Below, piece by piece: positions 42,730 through 54,256 of a stretch of DNA of 64,000 bases. Both the position numbers and the translations under genes were made by a program. Below the pieces are notes generated by a model. It was not told the origin of the DNA and searched no databases. It saw nothing but the letters and a program-made list of their open reading frames with translations. Source of the stretch: an uncultured Acidimicrobiia bacterium (lineage in GTDB: Bacteria > Acidobacteriota > Terriglobia > Versatilivoradales > Versatilivoraceae). Each line of letters opens with the position of its first letter. The first letter of the stretch is position 1. The DNA is taken from positions 928,001-992,000 of the forward strand of contig CAWBAT010000005.1 of assembly GCA_963786955.1 (NCBI GenBank), read 5' to 3'.

Positions 42730-44856
42730 CTATGCGCCTTTCCCGACTTCTCCCTCTTTTTTTTCTCGTTGTTCACGTAATACAGCTTTACGGCTTAATT
42801 TGATCTTCTGGCCGTCGATGCCGATGACCTTGACCAGTAACTGATCGCCTTCTTTCAATTCATCTTTAATGTCACGAATTCGATGTTCGGCCACTTCGCT
42901 GATGTGCAGCAGACCATCGGTTCCGGGAAAAATTTCCACAAAAGCTCCAAAATCAGCCAAGCGGACTACTTTCCCAAGATAGATTTTCCCCATCTCTGCT
43001 TCAGCGGTAATGTCCTTGATCATCTGGATGGCCTTGTTGGCAGATGCCTCGTCAACGGCAGCCACATTCACCCGACCGTCATCGGATACATCAATCTTGA
43101 CACCCGTTTTTTCAATGATTGAACGAATCACTTTGCCTCCAGGCCCAATGACATCACGAATCTTCTCAGTGCTGATCTTGAGTAGTATAGATTCGAGGAG
43201 CATATTGCGAAGTCGTCACTCGAGGCGCTTTAATCGTTTCGAGCATCTTATCGAGGATAAAGAGGCGGCCCCGACGAGCTTGTTCAAGGGCTTCCTTCAT
43301 GATCTCCGTCGTGAGCCCACCCATCTTGATATCCATCTGAAGTGCGGTGATGCCTTCCTGGGTTCCCGCTACTTTAAAGTCCATATCCCCATAATGGTCT
43401 TCCGCGCCTGCGATATCTGTCAAAATGGCATACTTGCCGTTCTCCATGACTAATCCCATGGCGACTCCTGCCACGGGTGCCTTAATGGGGATTCCAGCAT
43501 CCATCAGGGAAAGCACACCCTCCGCAGACGCTTGCCATGGAAGAGGAACCATTGGACTCCAGGATGTCTGAGACAATCCGGATCGTGTAGGGGAAATTTT
43601 CTTCCGAAGGGATTATCGGCAAAATGGCCCGCTCGGCTAGTGCCCCATGACCCACTTCGCGACGCCCGGGGCCGCGCATGAAACCGACTTCACCAACGCT
43701 GAAAGGGTGGAAAGTTGTAGTGCAACAGAAACCGCTTGGAAGATTCACCTTCCATAATATCGATCTTCTGGGCGTCTTCTGAAGTGCCCAGCGTAACCGC
43801 AACCAAAGCCTGGGTTTCTCCCCGAGTGAAAAGAGCGGAACCGTGCGTTCTGGGAAGCAAACCCACTTCACATTCAATCGGACGAATTTCGTCGAAGGCC
43901 CTGCCATCGGACCGGTGTCTCTTTTCCAAAATATCTTCCCGGAATATCTTCTCTTTGAGCAAGTCGAAAATTCCAGCAGCCTGTTCTCTCAGTTCAACGG
44001 GTTCTTCAGGATAGGAAGCCAACAGGCTTTCCTTCACAGCATCCACCCGGCTGTAACTTTCGATCTTGCCGTATTTTTGGGTATTCAGGGCATCGCGCAA
44101 ATCCTGCGTGGCGCGATTAGAAATTTCTTCCTGCAGCTTGGGGTCCATCGGTTGGAGAGACGAATTCTCTTTTCTTAACCTGAACGAAGGGTCATGAGTT
44201 TCTTCTGCAATTCGACGATCTTCTTAATCTCCTGATGCCCGAAATTAAGCGCCTCCACTATCGTCGCTTCGGAAACCTCCTGTGCTCCTGCTTCCACCAT
44301 CATAATGGCATCTTCACTTCCAGCGATGATGAGATTCAGCCGACTGTTTTTCAGTTCCGAGCTCGTCGGATTGATCACTAGCTGGTCATTGACTAGCCCG
44401 ACACGGACACCGGCAAGCGGAGTAACGAATGGAATCTCGGAGAGAAATAAGGCGGCTGATGCCCCGCTGATACTCAAGCATATCTGGATCGTTTTCTCCG
44501 TCTGCAGAAAGAACGAGGGCGATAACCTGGGTTTCACAGAAAAAGCCCGAGGGAAATAGGGGTCGTATCGGCCGGTCAATCAAGCGGCAGGTCAGAACTT
44601 CTTTTTCACTGGGCTTGCCCTCGCGTTTGAAAAAGCCTCCAGGAATTCTTCCTGCCGCATAATAATTCTCACGGTAATCCACGGTTAGCGGAAAGAAGTC
44701 CCTATTGGCTCTTGGCTCTTTGTTTGAGCAAGCGGATACTAGAACAATGGTATCTCCGTAGCGAACGGTCACAGACCCATGGGCCTGCTTTGCAAGCTTA
44801 CCGGTTTCGATGGTGAGCTCGCGGCCCCCAATCGTCATACTGGCTTTATGTATCAT
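42730..44856 (-). CDS. pnp: Polyribonucleotide nucleotidyltransferase (several frameshifts)
   Basis: [65 protein letters not shown] and S1 domains. Confidence 0.95.
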
Positions 44857-44925
44857 TACTTACGCCCTTCCGTCCGAGAATCATATCCCCAGACAACTGA
44901 ATCAATCTCAATTTTCTTTAGAAAC

Positions 44926-44971
44926 AAAAAAAGCGACCTTTGAGTTTCGTCAGAAACAGTCCAGGTCGCTT
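44926..44971 (-). terminator. Intrinsic terminator between rpsO and pnp
   Basis: AAGCGACCT...AGGTCGCTT stem followed by a U run on the minus strand. Confidence 0.65.
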
Positions 44972-45015
44972 CGGTCTTCCTGAAATCTTAGTGCCGTAAT
45001 AAAAAGGAAGGAATC

Positions 45016-45285
45016 TTATTTCCGTATTCCAAGCCTCTGAATCAGGCTGCGATAGCGCTCGGTATCTTTTGCTTTGACGTAGTCCAAAAGTCGGCGCCGC
45101 TGGCCGACCATTTTCAATAGACCTCTGCGAGAAGCATGGTCTTTTTTGTGCAATTTGAAGTGCTCGTTAAGATAATTGATACGCTCGCTGAGCAAGGCAA
45201 TCTGGACTTCTGGGGAACCCGTGTCGGCAGGATGAACCTTGTATTGACCGATTAGCGAACTCTTAAACTCCTTGGTGAAAACCAT
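45016..45285 (-). CDS. rpsO: 30S ribosomal protein S15
   Basis: [34 protein letters not shown]. Confidence 0.98.
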   Translation of the reverse strand: MVFTKEFKSSLIGQYKVHPADTGSPEVQIALLSERINYLNEHFKLHKKDHASRRGLLKMVGQRRRLLDYVKAKDTERYRSLIQRLGIRK

Positions 45286-45506
45286 GCAAAGGACTCCTCG
45301 CCTCTCTATAGAACTCTTTCACCCTCTACAGAACGTCCGCCAATCTAGCATAAGGGCATGCCGCTTGTAAAGCCCTAAGACTCCAGCCCGCCGGATCTAA
45401 TTTCAAGGGTTTTAACATGGCCCTTCGTAACATTATCCAGCGTTCCTACATATACCAGGAAAGGCACATAGCATTGGAATGGGGACAGTGAAGGGGAAAC
45501 TTCTTC

Positions 45507-46447
45507 TCAAACCAAGACCACACGGGGTTGAAATCTCTGGAGAGGGAGCCTCCAGCGCAAATTCCCCCTCCATTTCGTCAAGAGGCTCCACCAAACCGAT
45601 CAGTTCCCCTTCAAATAAGACACACAACGCCGCGGGCCGTGCCGAGAGCCCCTCCGGCAAAGCCCAAACAAAGGTTCTTCCATGAGCCAGGGACTCCTTT
45701 GTCTTTAAGTCCACCTCCAGCCCGGGTACTGATTTCAATACTTCGCTGGAAGGGATGAGCCGTTCTACCAGGAATGCGATCTCGGCCGCAGCCAACAACC
45801 TCGGAAGGGATCGCCTGGGAAAGTGAGAATTCCCCGGAAGAAATACGTCTCAGCCGGCTCAGATGGGCGCCGCACCCAAGCCGTTTCCCAATATCGAAAG
45901 CAAACGAGCGCACATAAGTCCCGGCGGAGCACCAGATCCGAAAATCAATCTCGCTAGCACTGCGCTTAGAAGAACTCCAGCCGGCGGATCACAATTTGCT
46001 GGGGAGCAATTTCTACAGGTTTACCCGGCGAGCCAGCCGATAAGCGGGAACTCCTCCGATCTTTTTGGCTGAGAAGGCCGGAGGGATTTGGAATTGAGGC
46101 CCCAACCACTCGGCAGCCAAGGTTCGAAGTTGCTCGGCCGTCAGATCGGGAACATCATTCTTTGCAAGCACCTGTCCTTCACGATCATAGGTATCTGTGA
46201 CAATGCCAAGATAAATTGTTCCTTCGTAGTTTCTTTTCACTATTTCTTCAGGAACTGGATGAGACGAGTTGCCTTGCCAACGGCCATGGGCAGCACTCCC
46301 GTCGCCAGGGGATCAAGAGTTCCCAGATGCCCCACTTTCTTTATCCCAGCCGTCGACGGACGAATTGTACCGCTTCGTGAGAGGTCACTCCCTCGGGCTT
46401 ATCAATGACCAGAAACCCGCTTTCGCGGGTCTGCAAGTAATTCCCAT
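45507..46447 (-). CDS. truB: tRNA pseudouridine(55) synthase (several frameshifts)
   Basis: [54 protein letters not shown]...GAHLSRLRR across frames; ends ...FQPRVVLV. Confidence 0.88.
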
Positions 46448-46466
46448 GATAGAGGGTCAAATGTCG

Positions 46467-46847
46467 TTATTGATGAGTTATTCGCGGTTCGGAATCGGGT
46501 GGCAATTTGGTCTTCTGGATCAGTTCTTCGATATCGCGCGCCGTATTCAATGGAAGAATCGTAGGTAAATACCAGTTCCGGGGTGTTTCTGAGGCGTGTC
46601 TTCGCGAAGCGACTTCATGGCGGATCCGAGGCGCCGCACTCGTCAGTCCCGCCAGCGTCTTCTTACGCTCCTCTTCCCCGCCGAGCACGCTGACGAATAC
46701 TCGGGCATGTTTGAGATCGGAACTTAGCTTCACTTCCGTGATCGTAGCCAGGCCAATGCGGGGATCCCGGAGTTCAGGCAGAATTTCACTGATCGCCATT
46801 CGAATGAGCTCGGCAACTCGAGTGGGGCGACGGGAAGGAGTTTTCAT
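46467..46847 (-). CDS. rbfA: Ribosome-binding factor A (compensating internal frameshifts)
   Basis: RVAELIR...LRDPRIGLATITEVKLSSDLKHARVFVS. The TPELVFTYDSSIEYG motif is present in a shifted frame. Confidence 0.92.
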   Translation of the reverse strand: MKTPSRRPTRVAELIRMAISEILPELRDPRIGLATITEVKLSSDLKHARVFVSVLGGEEERKKTLAGLTSAAPRIRHEVASRRHASETPRNWYLPTILPLNTARDIEELIQKTKLPPDSEPRITHQ

Positions 46848-47122
46848 AAATATTCAATATGATATTGACTCAATCCACTCAGGATGAGCTTTTCGGTTTC
46901 ATCAATAACCGTATTTAAAGTCTTTTCCAAAACACCATGATCCGACGAGATGGAAACCACGCCGAGCGTCGCCCGCTGCCACAAATCCTGATGATCGCAT
47001 TCTGCAACCGAGACATTAAATTTCTTGAGACGATCTTTCAGACTGCGCAGAACAAGCCGCTTTTCTTTCAGGGAATGTGACTCAGGAAGGTGGATTTCCA
47101 GGGTTAGGAGCCCGATATGCAT
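46844..47122 (-). CDS. DUF503 (YlxP-like) protein
   Basis: HSLKEKR...FNVSVAE...QDLWQRA; canonical position between infB and rbfA. Confidence 0.88.
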   Translation of the reverse strand: MHIGLLTLEIHLPESHSLKEKRLVLRSLKDRLKKFNVSVAECDHQDLWQRATLGVVSISSDHGVLEKTLNTVIDETEKLILSGLSQYHIEYL

Positions 47123-47312
47123 GGTTTTAACACCAGCGGGATGGTTCTGAGTCGGGGGCAAGGGCTGGAAATGGAAAACATGTCACAAACCCACCACCCT
47201 GGGCACTTGCCTGTTGGCCTTCTCCTGGTTATCCAGAGGTCCAGACAAGGGCGGCGGAGTGTCCATTGCCGTGAGTGAGCACCAGCCCGGATTGACCCAT
47301 CGAAACATCAGT

Positions 47313-49966
47313 TTAGAGAGTTTCCGGAGCCATTTTCTCCATGATATAAGCCTCGATCACGTCGCCGTTCTTGATATCACTGAAATTTTCAAGTCCAATG
47401 CCGCATTCGAACCCGGACCGCACTTCGGAGGCATCGTCCTTGAACCGGCGTAAAGAACCCACTTTCCCTTCATAAATCACCACATTGTCGCGCAAGAGCC
47501 GCACCAGTGAATTACGGGCAATCTTCCCTTCTGTAATGTAGGATCCCGCAATCACTCCGAATTTGGGGACTCGGAATGTCTCGCGCACTTCCGCCGTTCC
47601 CAGATAGGCTTCCTTGTACCGCTGGTCCAGCATGCCGGTCATTGCGCTCTTGATTTCGGTCGTCACGTTGTAAATGATCGTATGCAAGCGGATATCGACA
47701 CCTTCCTGCTGCGCCAGGTCGGATGCTTTACGTTCTGGACGCACACTGAATCCGATGATAATGGCATTCGAAGCCGATGCCAGTAACACATCTGTTTCGG
47801 TGATGGCGCCAGTTCCTTTGTGGATTATCTTGACCTTGACCTTATCCTTCCCAATCTTATTCAGGGTTTCTGCAAGGACTTCCACCGAGCCTTGAACATC
47901 GGCCTTCAGGATGAGGGGCAGTTCTTTGATGGTGCCCGCCTTCATCTGTTCGTGTAGTTGTTCCAAGGTGAGTCGCGCCGACTTCGTCAACTGGCTTTCC
48001 CGCAGTTTCAGTTGCCGCAGGGCCCCGATTTGTTTGACTTTGGTGGCATCGGTGAGAACTTGGAAGAGGTCTCCAACTTGAGGCACTGATTGCAGCCCCA
48101 GCACCTCAACCGGCATCGAGGGCTCCGCTATTTTCACAATTCGGCTGCGGTAGTCGATCATCGCTCGAACTTTTCCCGTTACAGCGCCGGCAATAAATGA
48201 GTCCCCCACGCTTAAGGTCCCGTTCTGAACCAGAACCGTCGCCACCGGACCTCGCCCTTTGTCGAGCTTTGCCTCGAGAATGGTTCCCACGGCCGTCCTC
48301 TGCGGATTCGCTTTCAGTCCCTGCAGATCCGCAACGAGTAGGATCATTTCGAGCAAAAGGTCAAGATTCGTTCTTTGTTTGGCAGAGACCTCGACAGTGA
48401 CGGTTTCTCCGCCCCAATCCTCCGCCATCAGGCCATTGTCGGCGAGTGACTTTTTGACACGATCGACCTGGGCATTGGGCTTATCGATTTTATTGATGGC
48501 TACGACGATCGGAACTTTGGCTGCCCGGGCATGGGCGATCGCTTCCAAAGTTTGGGGCATCACGCCGTCGTCGGCGGCTACAACCAACACGACAATATCG
48601 GTAACCTTCGCACCGCGAGCCCGCATCATGGTAAATGCTTCGTGACCCGGGGTGTCCAGGAAGGTGATGACCCGTCCATTCTTCTCCACCTGGTAGGCTC
48701 CAATGTGCTGGGTGATGCCTCCTGCCTCCGTGGCGGTCACATTGGTCTCCCGCATTGCATCCAAGAGCGAAGTCTTGCCATGGTCGACGTGTCCCATAAT
48801 GGTCACCACGGGCGGCCGCGGGGCGATGTTTTCGGTCTTCTCGTCGGAGATGGCCTCGTATTCAGCATCTTCCTCATATGTGATGATCGAAGCTTCCGCC
48901 CCAAAGTCGCGGCTGAGATCAATTGCCAACGATTCATCGAGAACCTGATTCATCGTGGCGAACATCCCCTTGTCGAGAAGACGTTTGATGATGTCCTTGG
49001 CTTTCACATCAATCTTCTCGGCTAGTTCCTTGACGGTCACCCCTTCCGTTAAAGTGATTTCTTTGGTGATCGGCAGAGGCTGAAAAGGGGCGGGCCTGCT
49101 GACCGTTGGAGGCAACTGGCGGCCAAACCCAACTCGACGCCCTCCCTGCTTCCCTTCCTGTTCCTTAGCCCGGTAACCGCCCCTGGCGCGGGGGGGGCCT
49201 GGCCTGTGATCGCGAGTCGGAACCGGAACGGTATCTGGAGGCGACGTCGGCGTGAACGGACGTGGACCATGCGCGGTTCTGGAAGCAGGCGGGCCACTCG
49301 GACGGGGAGGAAATGTCTTGGGGCGAATATCACCGAATTTCGAACTGATATGTTGCCGGATGGTCTCCGTCGGCGATCCAGTTTTTCCGGGTGGAAACTT
49401 TCTAGCCGGCGGCATGCCCGGTCTGTACCCCGCACCGGGAGGACCAGCCGGACGCCCCCCGACCGGGGCCGAAGGATAAGAGGACGGAGGCCTTGGAAAT
49501 TGGGAAGGTCTTGGAACAAACGGATCCGTGTTTCGAGCGGCCAGGGGCGGCGGCGTAGCCACCGGTGCCACTGGCTTGAGCGGAGTTTCTGAAACGGCTG
49601 GCTTCACAGCGGCCGGTTTGGGTCCTGGAGTCTGTATTACTTCCTTGGACACCGGCTCATTTGGTTTTTCTGTTCTGCCTTGGCCTCTACGGGCTTCTCA
49701 GCGGCCGGGGGCGGAGCAGCGGGTTCTGACTTCGGAGCCTCTACAGGAGTAGTTTCCGCCGTCTTTTCGGGGGCCTTGGCGGTCTTTTTTGCCCTGGGTT
49801 TCTTCCCCGAAAAATGGTCTTTGATGTCCTGAACGCTTTCCGCGTCGACGTGACTGGTTGCCGTTACACCCTCGATACCATTGCTTTTCAGATAGGCAAT
49901 GATCGCCAGGGCATCTACCTTAATTTCCTCTGCAAGTTTGAACAACTTAACTTTCTTTTCAGCCAC
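47313..49966 (-). CDS. infB: Translation initiation factor IF-2 (frameshift near 49650)
   Basis: IF2_N domain in ORF 49637..49966, Pro-rich linker, [28 protein letters not shown]. Confidence 0.96.
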
Positions 49967-50004
49967 AAATACTAGTATACGCGAGGCAAAATAAGCCTCA
50001 GACG

Positions 50005-51457
50005 TTAATCCTCCTCTTTCTTGACTTCTGGAGATTCTTCGGTGGGGCCAGAAGTGGTGAGTTCACTCGATTGATCTATTCCTTCGCTCGGAGCCAAACT
50101 GTCCGATACGCCTTCATCCGCCAGACCCTCTGCAGGAGCAGATTCCTCTATGGAGGTCACCGCTTCTGCGGATGCGGCGCCTGCTTCACTACTCTCGGAA
50201 GCCTGTAAATAAAAATCTTTCACTGACGCGATTATCTTTTCGGCGATTTTCGGCCCAACCCCTTTGATATTCGTTAACTCCGCAATCGGAGTATCGGCCA
50301 ATTCTTCGATGCTCGTAATACCACTGTCTGCCAGCTTTTGGATTACCGCAGAAGTCAACTGAGGAAGCTCGGACAGCGGAGTCCGGGCAGCCATTTGAGC
50401 CATCTGATCTTCAATTTCAGCCCGCTTTTCTTCCTCGCTCTTGATGTCGATTTTCCAACCCGACAATTTCGAGGCCAATCGTACGTTCTGCCCCTTTTTC
50501 CCGATTGCCAGAGAAAGTTGATCCGTTTCGACAATGACTTCTAAATGCTTTTCGAGGGGATCAATGACCGATGCCCGGCTGACTTTTGCTGGACTAAGCG
50601 CATTCATAGCAAATTGAGACGGATCCTCCGAATAGGGAATGATGTCAATCTTCTCGCCGTGAAGCTCACGAATAATCGCCTGAACTCGCGATCCCTTCAT
50701 TCCGACACAAGCCCCTACAGGATCAACATCCTTATCTTTAGAAAAGACCGCAATTTTTGAGCGCTCCCCGGTATCCCGCGCCGCGCACTTGATGACAACC
50801 GTGCCGTCGTACACTTCCGGGACCTCCATTTCAAACAACTTCATGAGAAGCGCCGGGTCGATGCGGGAAATAATCACCTGCGGCCCTTTGGTCGTTTTTT
50901 CAACGCGAACGACCACGCCTCGAGTACGGTCCCCGGCAGAAAAATTTTCCAGTCGGGACTGTTCGCGTTTCGGAATACGCCCTTCAGTCGTACCCAAGTC
51001 TACAATGATGTCGCCCCCTTCAGCGCGCTTGACCATGCAGCTGACGACTTCTCCGATTCTTCCCGAGTATTCGGTAAAGATGCTGTCTCGTTCGGCTTCC
51101 CGAACCTTTTGAAGAATGACTTGTTTGGCCGTTTGCGCGGCAATTCTTCCCAGCACATCGGTCGCCTTGGGAACTTTCACTTCGCTCTCGATCGCGGCAT
51201 CCGGGTCGAGCTTGAGCGCGTGGGGAAGTGAGATTTCACGGGCTGCATTCGTCACCACTTCGACGACTTTCTTCACGGCAAAAACTTCGATCTGCCCTGT
51301 TTCCTTATTGAGGACAGACCTCAAATCTTCGTTCGTTTTGTAAAACTTGCGCGTGGCTACTAAGTACCGCATCTTCCACAGCACTGACGACGATTTGCGG
51401 ATCGATCCCCTTGTCCCTGCTCAATTGCTCGATTTGCTGAAACAACGCACTTGGCAT
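50005..51457 (-). CDS. nusA: Transcription termination factor NusA (frameshift near 51365; start MPSALFQQIEQLSRDKGID)
   Basis: GRIAAQTAKQVI, S1, KH1 (DPVGACVGMKGSRV), KH2 (AIGKKGQNVRLA), C-terminal HhH and acidic tail. Confidence 0.95.
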
Positions 51458-51472
51458 GCTTAAAACTCCTGG

Positions 51473-51928
51473 CTAAAAATCGATGTCCAGGCTGGCCTTT
51501 GCAACCCAGTGAAACGGAAATTGCACAGGGGCACTATTCTTGAGTTCCACCGTGACAGTCTCCCCATCGAAGGCGGCAAGAATCCCACGAATCGATCTCG
51601 ACCCTTCAACCGGTTGGTGGGTTTGAATCTTGACGAGCCGCCCGCGAAACTTCAAGAAATCTTCCTTACCTTGTAACTTCCTCGTAAGGCCGGGCGAGGA
51701 TACCTCCAAGGTATAACTCCCCGGAACCAGGTCTTCAATGTCCAGCTCCGCTCCGACCTGGTGACTTGTTCTCTCGCAATCGGCGTGGGTGATGCCCTCA
51801 GGTTTGTCGATGAAAATTCGTATAATTCTTCTGTTCAGACTTCCTTTGATCTCAACTTCAACCAGTTCGAGTCCTTCAGAAGAAACAATCTTTTCGATGA
51901 GGGCCTTCGTCTTTTCAAAGTCGGACAA
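51473..51928 (-). CDS. rimP: Ribosome maturation factor RimP
   Basis: IFIDKPEGITHADC, YTLEVSSPG. Confidence 0.95.
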   Translation of the reverse strand: MSDFEKTKALIEKIVSSEGLELVEVEIKGSLNRRIIRIFIDKPEGITHADCERTSHQVGAELDIEDLVPGSYTLEVSSPGLTRKLQGKEDFLKFRGRLVKIQTHQPVEGSRSIRGILAAFDGETVTVELKNSAPVQFPFHWVAKASLDIDF

Positions 51929-51976
51929 CCGCGAACTTCCTTCAAGGGGAACAGCTGAGAGCCATGCCAGACCAAT

Positions 51977-52001
51977 AAAAAAGTGGGCTCGCGCCCACTT
52001 T
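51977..52001 (-). promoter_or_regulatory. rimP leader hairpin
   Basis: Minus strand AAAGTGGGC-GCGA-GCCCACTTTTT about 50 nt upstream of rimP, resembling the conserved rimP-leader motif. Confidence 0.7.
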
Positions 52002-52224
52002 CGCCTTTGATACTACAATGCGCTGAATTGAAAAATCAACTAAATAAATATGGGAGCGGCCTGGAATTGCTTTCTAGAAAACATCTGGAATGCCTCGGCT
52101 GTCCATCACCACCCGTGGGGGATTTTCTTTTCATTCATCACCTGAAATCAACCCATCGTGAGAGCAGTCTCAAACCTAGGGAGCGAGAGGAGCCCGAAGG
52201 GTGCCCCCATTATGGAAGTCTTTC

Positions 52225-54066
52225 TTACTTACCGAAGATCTTAACAAATTCGGAAGGGTCTGCCTTAGGTTTGCGATCATAGGTCATCAAGCCATTGATT
52301 TCCTGCTCAACGTCGGTAAGCTGCGTGTAACAGTAGCCGGCAAAAACCGAATTTTCCCGCACCGCCTTCACTAAGCCCGCCAACCGCAACAACAGGGCCT
52401 CTTGGGAGGGCTCGATTCCGGAATAGCCCCACTCTTGCGCATCCGAAGGGGCACCCTTTCGGTATGCAATCCCTCCGAATTCAGTCATTAGGAATGGGGT
52501 TCGATTCCACTGGCAACCCTGTACTAGGGCGTTTCGTGCATTGGGGGGAATCTGTGTCCTGTCCGCCTGAAGCACTTTATATTTGGCCGCCAATTCTTCT
52601 CCGGTCTTCGCATAGTCATGCAGAGTGAAAAGATCTGTCACGTCGGTGTGTTCCCAGCCATCGTTATCCACTACCAGCCGTGTTGGATCAATGGAGTGAA
52701 TCATATGGACCATTGTTCTGGCGTGTTCCTGTTGTGCTTTTTCAGTCAGGATATTAGGAACCCCCCAGCTTTCATTAATTGGAACCCAGGTGATGATCGA
52801 AGGGTGGTTGAAATCCCGGTTAAGGATCTGCAGCCATTCGGCAGTGAAGCGCGCCACATAAGTTTCACTGTATTGATGGGCATTGGCCATTTCTCCCCAC
52901 ACGATCAACCCCAGCTTATCTGCCCAGTAGAGCCAGCGCGGATCCTCTACTTTTTGATGTTTACGCGCTCCATTAAACCCGAAGGCTTTGGTCATGTTGA
53001 TATCATATAGAATGGCTGCTTCACTGGGAGGAGTCAGCAGGCTCTCCGGCCAATACCCCTGATCGAGAACCATTTTCAGATAGTACGGTACGTTGTTGAG
53101 AGTGACGCGACCTTCTTGTGCACTGATTTTTCGTTGTCCAAAATAACTCGAAACTCTATCCAGGACTTTACCACCGGCTAACACCTCAATAGTCAAATCA
53201 TAGAGCTGCGGGTGTTCAGGACTCCACAGCTCTTGGTCGTTGAGTCGGAAAACAGTTGATGCTTTGCCGTCTAAACAGGGTTCTTCCAGTTGTGACGGAA
53301 GCGCTTTCCCCGGGTGAAGGCTGATGCGCACCTTCAAATCCGGAGCGGCTCGGCTCAAGAACGTTTCGATTCTTACCTGTGCATGATCGACATCGGGTGT
53401 GACCCGCAGGTGGTTGACGTGAATGGCATCGACCGCTTCCAGCCAGACCGGTTGCCAGATCCCAGTGGTCCGTGTGTACCAAATCCTCTCGGATTTGGGT
53501 TTCCAATACTGTTTTCCACGAGGGATAGTCTGATCAGTGGGGGAATCCCAGGCCCGCAACACGACGACGTTTTGCGCAGGCTTTAAATAGTCCGTGATGT
53601 CACACTCAAACCCCACATGCCCACCCTCATGGTAGCCAACCTGATTTCCATTGACCCACACTGTGGCTTGATAATCCACAGCCCCAAAATGGAGCATGAT
53701 TCGCTTTGAATGCCATCCTTCCGGGATCTGGATCATACGACGATACCAGACCTGTTCATGAAAGGAGGGATCAGCGATGCCGCTGAAAGAGCTCTGGAAA
53801 CAAAAAGGGACTAAAATTTTTCTGGAGAAGGATTTGGGCGGCTTGAACCAATTTTCCTTGATTCCAACGTCCTGGTCGTCAAACTCAAATTCCCATTCGC
53901 CATTGAGCGTCTGCCATGCGGATCGCATGAGATCAGGGCGGGGGTGCTCAGACCGGGGAATAGCAGAACTATCCGCCAGGACAGTTCCGGGAGTCCCAAT
54001 GAGTATCCACAGAAACAACCGAGTGAAGCGACCCTTCAAAGTATAAATCATCTCATTTTCTCTCAT
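52225..54066 (-). CDS. Glycoside hydrolase family 2, secreted
   Basis: Signal peptide, HFGAVDY, TTGIWQPVWLE, LDQGYWP, RKHQKVE, NESWG (acid/base), TEFGG (nucleophile), YTQLTDVEQE. Confidence 0.9.
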   Translation of the reverse strand: MRENEMIYTLKGRFTRLFLWILIGTPGTVLADSSAIPRSEHPRPDLMRSAWQTLNGEWEFEFDDQDVGIKENWFKPPKSFSRKILVPFCFQSSFSGIADPSFHEQVWYRRMIQIPEGWHSKRIMLHFGAVDYQATVWVNGNQVGYHEGGHVGFECDITDYLKPAQNVVVLRAWDSPTDQTIPRGKQYWKPKSERIWYTRTTGIWQPVWLEAVDAIHVNHLRVTPDVDHAQVRIETFLSRAAPDLKVRISLHPGKALPSQLEEPCLDGKASTVFRLNDQELWSPEHPQLYDLTIEVLAGGKVLDRVSSYFGQRKISAQEGRVTLNNVPYYLKMVLDQGYWPESLLTPPSEAAILYDINMTKAFGFNGARKHQKVEDPRWLYWADKLGLIVWGEMANAHQYSETYVARFTAEWLQILNRDFNHPSIITWVPINESWGVPNILTEKAQQEHARTMVHMIHSIDPTRLVVDNDGWEHTDVTDLFTLHDYAKTGEELAAKYKVLQADRTQIPPNARNALVQGCQWNRTPFLMTEFGGIAYRKGAPSDAQEWGYSGIEPSQEALLLRLAGLVKAVRENSVFAGYCYTQLTDVEQEINGLMTYDRKPKADPSEFVKIFGK

Positions 54067-54256
54067 GCCCCAGTCTATGAGTTTGAACTGATATTTGGCA
54101 TTATAGAGCAGATGGAGATGGTTTTACAGGTCAGACCTTCTACTAAACCCTTGAGATAATCCGCCAAATCGGGGAAACTGATTTTGTACTTAGCGATAGT
54201 CGACATTAGGTCCTATCCTAACGATTCCCCCTGTGCCTAGCCGATGAAGTTCCTTA

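Noticed and set aside
42730-51457. Programmed frameshifting or pseudogenisation of pnp, truB, infB and nusA
   Set aside because: There are too many breaks in essential genes at non-conserved positions; sequencing error is the simpler explanation.
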